From an uncultured delta proteobacterium (GTDB taxonomy: Bacteria; Myxococcota_A; Polyangia; Fen-1088), in assembly GCA_963737265.1 (NCBI GenBank), contig CAVTRY010000013.1, positions 32,001-96,000 of the forward strand: a DNA stretch of 64,000 nucleotides. The letters are read 5' to 3'. The translations under genes were made by a program, and so were the position numbers. Every line of letters starts with the position of its first letter. Position 1 is the first letter of the stretch. Under the pieces are notes generated by a model that worked only from the letters and a program-made list of their open reading frames with translations, did not search any database and was not told the DNA's origin. Below, in pieces: positions 1 through 9,358 of the stretch.

Positions 1-1
1 G

Positions 2-361
2 GCGCTCGTTGCGCGATTTCACCGGCGCGCGCTACCGTATCCGGATCATGAAAAGCTGAGGTTTTACGAATTGCCGTTGCGGCAATCGCTTATACGGCTT
101 GCCGCCATCTTGCGTTTGGCCGATGGATTTCAAGCAAAGCCATACCGTGCCATTCGCCGCCTGCATGTTGAAAACGGACCGGGATTCCTCGTGATCCGCG
201 CGGAGGGGTTTCGCGACCGGGACCCCATCAATTCGAAACTTTCCGTCGCGCGGCGCTTCCTGGAATTTGTTTTTCAGAGGTCCGTGCACATCCTCGCGCC
301 GGGAACCAGGATGATGGCTCCTCGCATCGTGCGCCCGGCCAGGCGCAGGGATGCCGCGTAA
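2..361 (+). CDS. HD-domain protein, Ppx/GppA phosphatase-like C-terminus (5' end outside window)
   Basis: Frame open from the window edge: ALVARFHRRALP...LAAILRLADG, the typical tail of Ppx/GppA-type HD domains. Confidence 0.7.
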   Translation, partial: ALVARFHRRALPYPDHEKLRFYELPLRQSLIRLAAILRLADGFQAKPYRAIRRLHVENGPGFLVIRAEGFRDRDPINSKLSVARRFLEFVFQRSVHILAPGTRMMAPRIVRPARRRDAA

Positions 362-435
362 GTAGGACAGGCTTCAAGCCTGTCTGGTTTTAGTCCTTGC
401 AAGCTGAAAAATCCACAAGCTAAAGCATGTGCCAC
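362..435. repeat. Hybrid REPIN (GTAG-type REP facing a GTGG-type REP)
   Basis: GTAGGACAGGCTTCAAGCCTGTC at 362, then the reverse complement of GTGGCACATGCTTTAGCTTGTG ending at 435, between convergent genes. Confidence 0.85.
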
Positions 436-3400
436 TAAAACGCGAGTCGCAGCGAAAACTGCATGTCGCGCGGATCTTCGCGCTGGTGATTGAGCCGAAG
501 CTTGTGGAAGCGCTGAAGGTCCTGCCGGCCCCGACAGGGGCGTTGAAGTTGGGGTGATTGAAGAAATCGAAAACATCCAGGCGGAACTGCAGTCTCATAC
601 CCTCACGGATCAGAAATTCCTTCTGAATTGATGCATCGAAATCGTCGAGTCCCGGCCCAATCACGATGTCGCGGCCCGCGTTGCCGTAGGTGAAGGCGGC
701 GGGCACCGCGAAGCAAGAGGTATTAAACCATTCCCCCGTGGTTTTCGGGCCGCTGTTGGGATTGCAAGTCAGATTCGGCCTTTGCGATGGCGCGGACAAC
801 GGTTCGCCGTTATTGGCGACGTCGGTAGAGAGGTTCACCGTGAAGGGCGCGCCGCTTTGCAGGGTCCAAATCCCACCCACCTGCCACTCGCCGAACGCGG
901 TGTGGATCCAACCCTCCGAATGCTTCAGGAACGGAAGTTGATATAGGAAGTTTGTGACGAAACGGTTCCGGTGGTCGAAATCCGAAAGTCCCTTTTCCGC
1001 AGCCAAATTGGCGGGGTCCTGCGGGAAGTTGGGCTCGGCATTGTCCGCGCCGGGGTTGGAGGCGTCATCCAACGCCTTGGACCAGGTGTAGTTGGAATTG
1101 ACGGTCAGGCCGTGCCAGAGGCGCTGCGTCAGGGTCAGCGCCAGAGCGTTGTACTTTTCCCAGCCATCCCAAGTGACGCTCGGGAAACCGCTCATCTGTG
1201 GAGATGGGACGCACGTGAAGGGGATTCGGATTGGCGGTTGTGGAGACCAACTCGTTGTCCGGAAATAGATTCTGGTACGTCTCGTTGTCGGCATGGACGG
1301 TATAGGAGCCGATGTATTCCGCCTGGAACGATGTGGAAGAAGACAGGCTTCTCTGGATCGATAGATTCCAAACATTGTTGTATTCGATCTTGAAATCGTG
1401 ATTGATGTTATTTCCGCTGAACGAGCCGTTGGCGGTCAGGATGTTTTCCGTGTCGAAGCCGGGCATCCCCCCGGTCACTAAGGGATTGTTAACCGTCTTG
1501 GCGACATAGAAGGGCAGGTTTAGGGCTGCGTTTTGAATGATGTTGTATGCCGCTTGATTCGTATAAATTCCAAATCCCGAACGGATCACGGTCTTGTGGT
1601 CCGGCAGGGCCCAGGCTAATCCGATGCGCGGAGCCAGCCGAAGAGGACGCGCCGTGAGCAGACTATTGTTCCATCCGGCCTGCGCGGAAGTGATATAGCT
1701 GAGGCCTGCAGGAATGTTGGCGACCAAAGACGACGCGAGCGGCGAAAGTTGCCCGTTGCCGCCGCTGGCGATGACTATCTCCCCGCCCTTCACCAGGTTG
1801 TTGATGATGGATATATTGTTGTTCGCATCCGTGACGTTCTGATTGAATTCGTACCGCACGCCAATATCCAGTTTGAGGCTGGGAGTGATCTGCCAGGCGT
1901 CCTCGATGTACAGGTGCGCCCAATCGGTGCGGCCTTGAAGCGTTCCTCTCCCTTCCGACGACCCTGACCCTTGCGTCGGGTCACCCAAAAGAAAATTCCC
2001 AGAGCATTGCCGGTCGCAAAGCTGGCGCCGCTTGAGGTGGTGGGCGTAAATGAGAATGTCCCTCTTGCGTTGTTGGCGTTTACAGGTTCAACGTCGAGAT
2101 GGAAAAAATAACCGCCGAATTTGACCGTATGAGTTCCATGGTGCCAGATCACGTTGTCGTACAACTCGTAGTTGTTGTCCTTGCGTGAAACGTACTGCGT
2201 CGATTCACCCATGGACGAAAAACCGGTAATGGTCACGCTGGGATAGCCCGTGTCCAGTGGATCGGCGCTCACCCCTTGCAGCCCGGTTTGGCCGGAAAAA
2301 CCATTCCCCGCATTCAGGCTTGTCTCTCCGCCACCTACCCACATCCATCCGAACCGCAGCTCATTGAGCCAGGACGTGCTGAAGACATGACTCCAGGTCG
2401 CGGACAGATTGTCCGTATGAGTTCGCAAGTCGTACCCAAAAGCGGGGAAGAGCGCTTCATTTAGCGCGGAGGATCCGAAGGGAAGAAAACCGTTGGCGTC
2501 GAAGATCGAACCGCGAACGAAGACATTGTCGCTTGTGCTGAATGTATGGTCGATCCGGGCATTGTATTGGTTGACGTCGGTCGTGGAGAGGGCTGTTTCA
2601 CTTAGATTGTTGCTCCCAGTCAGGCCCGGCGTCGGCATCGGAATTTTTGCCAGTATGGCGGCGGCGACAGGGTCAATCGTCGGGATGGTGTCGTTTGGAA
2701 ACATGGTTGCTGTGCCCGGAATGTCGACGGTAATGCCCGACCCCGTAAAATTCCCGGTCCGTTGCAGGGCGGTCGGAACGTGGAACAGTTGGGTTTGAGA
2801 CTGGCGGATTCGCTCTCCTTCGTAGTCCGCGAAGAAAAAGGTTTTGTCTTTTTGAATCGGGCCGCCGATGGATGCCCCAAATTGATTTTGCTTGAAAGGA
2901 GGTTTCGTCGAACCCGGCGAGACAAAGAAGTTTTTCGCGTCAAAAATATCGTTGCGCACGAATTCAAACACGCTGCCGTGAAAATTGTTGTTGCCGGATT
3001 TCGTGATGACGTTGATTACGCCGCCTGACTTTCCGCCAAACTCCGCGTCATACGAAGTCTGATTGATATTCACTTCCTGGACGGCGTCCACGGAAGGGCT
3101 CAGAACCAGGTTATTAAACGCCTCGTCGGTGACAGAGACGCCATCCACGAGGTACAGATTATGCCCTCCGCGCTGTCCCAGAATTCCGTAGGTCTGTCCC
3201 GTCTGTTGCAGCGCCGATCCACGCGTGCCCGCCGGCGGGGTTGTCACACCGGGCGTCAATGCCACCAGGTCGATGAATTCGCGGCCCTTGAGCGGGAGGT
3301 CTATAACTTGTTGCTGCTGGATGGTGTCTTGAATGGCGGCCGATTCCACCTGCAGCAAACCGGGAGCGACGCTCACGGTTAATGTTTCGCTTTGCTCCCC

Positions 3401-3766
3401 GAGTTCCAGGTTGAATGATTGCCGAAGGTGGTCGCCGGCATGCAAGTCGACATTGGACTGAACGATCCGTTTGAATCCTTCCACGCTTACGGTGAGACTA
3501 TATTGCCCGACGGGAAGCCCGGCCAGCAGGTATTCGCCGGAAGCGTTCGTCTTGCTCGTGACCTTTTGCTGTGTGTCCGCCTCGACGGCCGTGACGGTGG
3601 CGTTGACGACGACGGAACCAGTAGGGTCACGGACGGTCCCGCCGATTTCCCCCGTGTTCATCTGGCTCAGCCCGGGCACCGTGGCTAGGGTGATCCAACC
3701 GATCACAAGCGCTGCCGTTCGGACAACGACTGTGAAATGCTTCAGCACGAGAAGGCCTCGATTCAT
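435..3766 (-). CDS. TonB-dependent receptor, Oar/CarboxypepD_reg type, with three apparent frameshifts (~2000, ~1200, ~480)
   Basis: Signal peptide, GEIGGTVRDPTG, YDAEFGGKSGGVINVITKSG and QNQFGASIGGPI motifs. ORFs 1790..3787, 1065..1988 and 374..1375 join into one protein; the corrected end is RDMQFSLRLAF* with a terminal Phe (TAG at 437-435). Confidence 0.9.
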
Positions 3767-3919
3767 GGGCAGAATTCCTGCCCGCAACGGCGCAGTTGAG
3801 ATGTCGAAACGGGATGGCCTCCGACAATGGTCAACACCCGAGGATTCAACCCACCATCCCGCCAGACGAGCAATCCGGCTCTGTGGTTCTGAAATTACAC
3901 TGGAATCGAAAAGGGCTGC

Positions 3920-3935
3920 TGTAAGGATGTTGTAA
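3920..3935 (-). promoter_or_regulatory. Putative OmpR/PhoB-family direct-repeat box (TTACA-N6-TTACA)
   Basis: 11-bp period TTACAacatccTTACA on the minus strand upstream of the receptor, with a TAATTT-like -10 about 20 nt further on; an OmpR-type regulator is adjacent. Confidence 0.5.
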
Positions 3936-3943
3936 AAGCTTTT

Positions 3944-4021
3944 GTAGGACGGGCTTCAGCCTGTCGGGTTTGGATTTGGCTCGGCGGGAAATCAAGGCAG
4001 ACAGGCTAAAGCCCGTCCTAC
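3944..4021. repeat. REPIN (inverted GTAG REP pair)
   Basis: GTAGGACGGGCTTCAGCCTGTC ... GACAGGCTAAAGCCCGTCCTAC. Confidence 0.9.
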
Positions 4022-4031
4022 GCTTAGGTTA

Positions 4032-5939
4032 TCAAGAAGAAACCGTCTCGGGAGTTTTGGCTTCGATGGGCCGCGAGGAGTGTTCCACACAGGGCAAATG
4101 CAGCGTAAATGTACTGCCCCGCCCGGGAGCGCTCTTTACACTGACTTGGCCATTCATCGCTTCCATGATGCTCTTGGCCAGAGGCAGGCCCAGGCCCGTG
4201 CCGTGAATTTGCGCGGCCGTCACGGAAGGGCTGCGGTAAAATGGCTCGAAGATGTGGCGCAATTCCTCGGGAGCGATTCCGATCCCGCGATCCGAGACGC
4301 TGATCTGAATCTCTTTTCCGGTCAAGCCATGTTCGGCGAGCCGCGCCTGAATTCCGATCCATTTCTGTTCGCTGCCATATTTCAGTGCGTTGGTAATTAA
4401 ATTCTGCACGCACTGGGAAAGGGCGGCGAGATCGCCCACGATCCGTGGCAAGCTTGGCTCGATCTGTTGTTCCACGTGGAACCCCGCCGATCGAATGAGT
4501 CCCGCCGTGCCGGACAGCGCGGAATCTAGAATTTCCGGAACCTCCAGCGGGCGCAGGCTGTAGCGCTGCTGGCCTTCGCGAATTGCCGCGAAGAGCAGAA
4601 TTTGCTCGACCATTTCGAACAGCTTGCGGGCCTGCGCGCCGATCACAGAACCGTATTGTTCGAGTTGCGGCTTTCCTTCCACGACGCCGTGGGCGATGTT
4701 TTCGGCCGCGGAGCTGATGACGGTCAGCGGAGTTCGTAATTCGTGGGAAACCGCGGTAACGAAATCCATCTGCAGCTTGGCGAGCCTCTGCGCGCGCGTG
4801 CTCGTGAAGATCAGGATGGCCATGCTGATCACCAGGAGGAAAAGCACCCCGAAGCTGATCGCCAGATCGCGGCGGCGCGAGTCCGCAATGAAGGCCCCGA
4901 GCGCGCCTCCTCGCCGATGCCTTACGATCAGGCGCCAGTCCTGGTCCACGCCTGCATCGTGCAGGAGCGGGAACCACGTGACCGCCACCGAAGCCGCGGG
5001 GCCATTTTCTTGCGAGGGCGTATGGAAAACTTGAATCGGAGATCCATTCTTGTCGCCGCGCAGGCGCACAAAGATGTTCATCGTCCCGTCCGCGTCGGCA
5101 ATTTCCGAAGCGCCGAAGCCCGCGTCGGAAGAATAGAGAGGGCTACGTGTGTTTTTGCCAGTGGTTACGGCAACCTGATAATCGAGTCCGTTCGTGCCGC
5201 TGAAGTATCGCTGCGCGAGGGCTGGGAGAATATTGTTCTGCACATCCGCACGGTCCAGCGCGATCACCACCCAATCGACCGGACCTTGCGTTGCGCCCAG
5301 GCGGCCCGAAGAGGCGGAAGGATTGCGCATCACGGGCTGGACCAGCGCGGGAATGCGCGGTTCGAACTCCCATCCGGCGAGCGGCCCGCCCGTATAAAAG
5401 CGGTTTGCGAATTCTGCGTTTGCGTCAAGCGCCGCAGCGGCATTCGCTCCCCCGGGTGAGCCGAAGGCCGCAGTGGCGCCGGGTTTCGTTGCGGATTGCT
5501 GAAGTTCTTCGCGCAGGCCCGCCAAAATTGCCGGCCAGTCGCTCGGCTCGAATCGCTGGCTAGCGGGGCTTAGACGAAGGACTTGTGCGTCAGGAGATTC
5601 GGCGAGCCGCAAAATATAGAGCCCGGAAACAAGATTGGGATTCGCGGTCGTTTTTTTCCAGTCCGCAAATCTTCGCGCGTACTGATCCCAATCCGCCGGC
5701 GTGCTGGAGTCCGGGTCCACGCGCAGGGCCACGCAAATCTCGGAGAAGACGCGGAAGAAATCGAGATGCCAGTTGATCATGGACATCTGCAAACTGTCGG
5801 CGAGGCGGATGCTGGTGGCTTCGCTGACCTGATTGCTCCAGCGGTATTGCAGGACGCCCAGAACGATCACCACGACTACGGCGAGGATGATGATGACCGT
5901 CGAGAACTCGCGCTCTTTGATGTGCAGTTTCATATGCAA
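4032..5939 (-). CDS. Membrane sensor histidine kinase
   Basis: Two TM segments, H-box VSHELRTPL, N-box NLITNALKY, G1 DRGIGI, G2 GTGLGL. Confidence 0.95.
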   Translation of the reverse strand: MHMKLHIKEREFSTVIIILAVVVVIVLGVLQYRWSNQVSEATSIRLADSLQMSMINWHLDFFRVFSEICVALRVDPDSSTPADWDQYARRFADWKKTTANPNLVSGLYILRLAESPDAQVLRLSPASQRFEPSDWPAILAGLREELQQSATKPGATAAFGSPGGANAAAALDANAEFANRFYTGGPLAGWEFEPRIPALVQPVMRNPSASSGRLGATQGPVDWVVIALDRADVQNNILPALAQRYFSGTNGLDYQVAVTTGKNTRSPLYSSDAGFGASEIADADGTMNIFVRLRGDKNGSPIQVFHTPSQENGPAASVAVTWFPLLHDAGVDQDWRLIVRHRRGGALGAFIADSRRRDLAISFGVLFLLVISMAILIFTSTRAQRLAKLQMDFVTAVSHELRTPLTVISSAAENIAHGVVEGKPQLEQYGSVIGAQARKLFEMVEQILLFAAIREGQQRYSLRPLEVPEILDSALSGTAGLIRSAGFHVEQQIEPSLPRIVGDLAALSQCVQNLITNALKYGSEQKWIGIQARLAEHGLTGKEIQISVSDRGIGIAPEELRHIFEPFYRSPSVTAAQIHGTGLGLPLAKSIMEAMNGQVSVKSAPGRGSTFTLHLPCVEHSSRPIEAKTPETVSS

Positions 5940-5943
5940 ATAA

Positions 5944-5968
5944 TGCCCGCCTGAAGGCGGGCGCTACA
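5944..5968 (-). repeat. Single REP
   Basis: Reverse complement of TGTAGCGCCCGCCTTCAGGCGGGCA, identical to the copy at 13944-13968. Confidence 0.85.
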
Positions 5969-5978
5969 TTACCTTCGG

Positions 5979-6665
5979 TTACGGTTTGAATTTGTAGCCG
6001 AAGCCTTGCACCGTCAGAATAAATTTCGGCTGCTTCGGGTCGTCTTCCAGTTTTTGGCGCAGGCTGGCGACGTGCACATCCACGGTGCGGGTGTACATGT
6101 CCGCGCTGTAGCCCCAGACTTGTTTCAACAGTTCCTCGCGTGAAAGAGTCGCGCCGCGATGCTCGATAAAATACCGCAGCAATTGAAATTCGCGCGCGGA
6201 AAGATTCACCGGTTTTCCGTCGCGGGTGGCTTCCGTTCCCGTAACGTCCACATGAATCGACCCGAAATCGATCCCGCCAGTATGGGCCGCCGGGCGAATG
6301 GGCGCGCGGCGCATCAGCGCCTCGACCCGCGCCATCAGTTCCAGCATGTTGAAGGGTTTCGTGACGTAATCGTCCGCGCCGATTTTCAGGCCGCTGACCT
6401 TGTCGCTGGTCTGCCCGCGCGCGGTAAGCATGAGGATGGGAGTGATGAGTCCTGCTTCACGAATTCCCTTGCACACGTCGAAGCCGTCCCGTTTGGGGAG
6501 CATGACGTCCAGGATGATCAGGTCAAAGGGAAGCTGCGTGGCCTTTTCGAAACCTTCATCGCCGTTTCCGGCGTAGTCAACGGCGTAGCCCTCGTTCCGC
6601 AGGCGGTCCCCAACCGTCATCTGCAGGGCCTGCTCATCCTCGATAAAAAGCACGTTTCCGCGCAT
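5979..6665 (-). CDS. OmpR/PhoB-family response regulator
   Basis: REC domain (IEDE, LDVMLP, LTA, GADDYVTKPF) plus winged helix (RTVDVHVASLRQKLE, TVQGFGY); ATG at 6665 preferred. Confidence 0.95.
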   Translation of the reverse strand: MRGNVLFIEDEQALQMTVGDRLRNEGYAVDYAGNGDEGFEKATQLPFDLIILDVMLPKRDGFDVCKGIREAGLITPILMLTARGQTSDKVSGLKIGADDYVTKPFNMLELMARVEALMRRAPIRPAAHTGGIDFGSIHVDVTGTEATRDGKPVNLSAREFQLLRYFIEHRGATLSREELLKQVWGYSADMYTRTVDVHVASLRQKLEDDPKQPKFILTVQGFGYKFKP

Positions 6666-6750
6666 CCAAACCCACCGCCATCGCGTCCAAGTTAATTGGG
6701 AGGACGCGTTTCGTGTACTCCAAAAAGGCACGTATATTCCAGTTGAATTC

Positions 6751-6780
6751 TTGACATGTTTTCTTGCTGGATGCTAGCCT
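6751..6780 (+). promoter_or_regulatory. sigma70-type promoter
   Basis: TTGACA (6751), 18 nt spacer, TAGCCT (6775) with an extended TG at 6772. Confidence 0.6.
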
Positions 6781-6823
6781 CGATAGATTAGCACAGCCTC
6801 CGCAGGGTACGCGGGGGCCACCG

Positions 6824-7169
6824 ATGAATTCCAAAACCCACCCCAAGCCGCCGATACCTTGCCAGCCTTCTCCTCTTATCGGGGATCCTGGTTCTCGGGA
6901 TTGTTCAATGGAGTTTTCTGCCCCTCCTGATTCAGAACGGGCCCGTGGCGAGCGCTGGCGTTCTGGAAATGTCGGCGAGCCATACTTCGAAATTTGCGGC
7001 TCCATTCAAATGTCTTTTCGGAGATGGGCTGAATCCGTGCCTCGTCCAATCGAGGATCACCGTGTGGAGAATGGCGTCCAGGATTGTTCGTCTGCCGGAT
7101 GCCCCGATTTCCGGGCAGGATGATTTTTCCCTCACGCACCGCCCCCTGCGCGCGCCGCCTTCCGCATAA
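6824..7169 (+). CDS. Small membrane-anchored upstream ORF with C-terminal RAPP motif (putative ribosome-arrest peptide); one apparent extra base near 6832-6844
   Basis: ATG at 6824. The frame of ORF 6945..7169 is open from 6828 and reads SRRYLASLLLLSGILVLGIVQWSFLPLLI...THRPLRAPPSA*. Confidence 0.65.
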
Positions 7170-7373
7170 GAACAAGCAGGGCCCGGTCCCTGCGGTGATT
7201 CCCGATAAAAATTAGGCGCGCGACGAATCGTTTAGGGCAGCGAATCCCATTTTCTTGCGGGTGCGAGTGACGGCTCGAGAGCAAGCGGCCCGTTCAAGAT
7301 ACAGCGATCCGCATAAAATAGAGCCCTGATTGCCCGCTGACATTCTGGAGAGATTTCTAATCTTGGAGATCCG

Positions 7374-8093
7374 ATGACCTCAAATCATATCGAGCCGGCA
7401 GTGCTGGAGGAATTGCGCCGATTGGATTCCTGCAATGTGGCCAACGCCATCGAGAAATTTGGCGTGCGCTTGCGCAATTCGGGATTTACTGATTCCACGG
7501 TTCGCTGCTTGTTTGAAGATTTTCCGCCCCTGGTGGGTTATGCGGCCACGGTCCGCGTCCGAACTTCCGAACCGCCCATGGAAGGGGATAGCTATTACTA
7601 CCGTCTTGACTGGCTCGACCATCTGTCCAATATTCCATCTCCCCGCGTGCTCGTCATGGAAGACCTGGACCCCCGCCCTGGCCTCGGTTCCTTCATCGGC
7701 GACGTCCACGCCAATATTTTGACGGCGCTCGGATTCGTTGGGGTGGTTACAAACGGCGCGGTCCGCAATGTCGAGGCGGCCCGGGCACTCAAATTTCAAA
7801 TGTTCGCCAGAAATCTGTCGGTTTCTCATGCGTTTGCCCACATTTTCGATTTCGGAGGCCCGGTCCAGGTGGGCAACATGCATGTGAAGCCGGGCGACCT
7901 GCTGCACGGGGACCGGCATGGAATCCAGACCGTTCCAGCCGAGATCGCACAAAAGGTTCCGGCTGTAGCAAAAAGAATGAACGGCGAGGAGCAGGAACTC
8001 ATTGAATTCTGCCAATCCGGCGGCTTTACGATGGAAAAACTGCATGCGAATGTGAATGCTCTTAGAATCAAAAGAAAGAATTTCAGGGATTAG
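7374..8093 (+). CDS. RraA-family / HMG-aldolase-like protein
   Basis: VANAIE, VGYAAT, GVVTNGAVRN and VKPGDLLHGDRHG motifs. Confidence 0.85.
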   Translation: MTSNHIEPAVLEELRRLDSCNVANAIEKFGVRLRNSGFTDSTVRCLFEDFPPLVGYAATVRVRTSEPPMEGDSYYYRLDWLDHLSNIPSPRVLVMEDLDPRPGLGSFIGDVHANILTALGFVGVVTNGAVRNVEAARALKFQMFARNLSVSHAFAHIFDFGGPVQVGNMHVKPGDLLHGDRHGIQTVPAEIAQKVPAVAKRMNGEEQELIEFCQSGGFTMEKLHANVNALRIKRKNFRD

Positions 8094-8097
8094 GGCG

Positions 8098-9346
8098 ATG
8101 ATGCGGGAAAGTGGAGGTCATCCAGTGCGGCGTATTCATGGAATCTTGAGTTTCATAATCTTCGTGATTTTTTGTGCCGCTTCCTTCGGGTGCGGCGAGG
8201 GACGCAAGGCGGCTGCTGACGATGCCTCAAACGCTCCCACGGCTGCCGTCGTGAAAGTGACGCGGGGAAACATCGCCGACAACCTGGAGATCGCCTCGGA
8301 ATTTCAGCCGTTCCAGGAAGTGGACGTGTACGCGAAGGTTTCCGGCTATATTCAAAAGCTCTACGTCGATTACGGAACGCACGTGAAGCAGGGGCAACTC
8401 CTCGCCGTGTTGGAAATCCCGGAACTCCAGCAACAGTTGCAGCAGGATGAGGCCTCCGTCCGCCGGAGCGACCAGGAGCTTACCCGATCTCGCGAAGATC
8501 TGAACCGGGCGCAATCGGCCTACACCGTCGCGAACCTCACCTACACGCGCCTCGCCGACGTACAAAAGTCGCGTCCGGAGCTTATCTCGCAAGAGGAAAT
8601 CGATGTCGCAAAAGGGAAGAACATGGAAGCGGATGCGGATGTGTCCGCGCAGAAGGCGGCGCTCTCCGCGGCGCAGGAAGCGTTAACCGCGGCAAAGGCC
8701 GCGCTCGGCAAGGATCAGGCCATGTTCGACTACGCGCGAATGACGGCGCCGTTCGACGGCGTGATCACGCAGATATACGCGTACACGGGAGCGCTGCTTC
8801 CGGCCGGAACTTCCTCGAACAAGGGCGATTCCGCGCTTTGCCGCTTGTCGCAAAACAGTCTCTTGCGGCTCGTGATTCCGGTTCCCGAAAGAGCTGTGCC
8901 CGATATTCGCACGGGGGAAGCAGTAGTTGTGATTGTTTCCGGCTTAAACCGGACATTCGAGGGCAAAATCATCCGATTCCTCGGACCAGATTGACACGGC
9001 GACTCGCACGATGCACACCGAAGTCGATGTGCCCAATCCCCGCTTTGAATTGGTTCCGGGAATGTACGCCTCCGTGAAAATTCCTCTTCATTCGGTCGCG
9101 AATACCTTGATGGTTCCTGTCCAGGCGGTACTGGCGACGGGAGAAGGGAAGGGAACAGTCCTGGTGGTGGATAAAAGCAATCGAATCGAAAAACGCGCCG
9201 TCACGCTGGGAATGCAATCCTCCGCGAACGACGAAATCGTTTCCGGGCTCCAGGAAAATGAAACCGTCATTTTTGGGTCCCAGGGACAGTATCAAGCGGG
9301 GCAAATCGTTTCACCAAAACTCATCGAGCCTTCCATGACTGAATAG
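8098..9346 (+). CDS. RND membrane fusion (periplasmic adaptor) protein, frameshift at ~8983
   Basis: AKVSGYI...GQLLA lipoyl half and APFDGVIT; continues as TRTMHTEVD...PGMY in ORF 9011..9346. Confidence 0.9.
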
Positions 9347-9358
9347 GAGTTTTTATCT

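Noticed and set aside
3770-3900. Cobalamin or other known riboswitch ahead of the TonB receptor
   Set aside because: Some pairing is possible, but I recognise no B12 box or other consensus; an Rfam scan would be needed
6764-7123. 119-aa ORF as the real product of this region
   Set aside because: No recognisable features; the neighbouring frame gives a coherent TM + RAPP peptide
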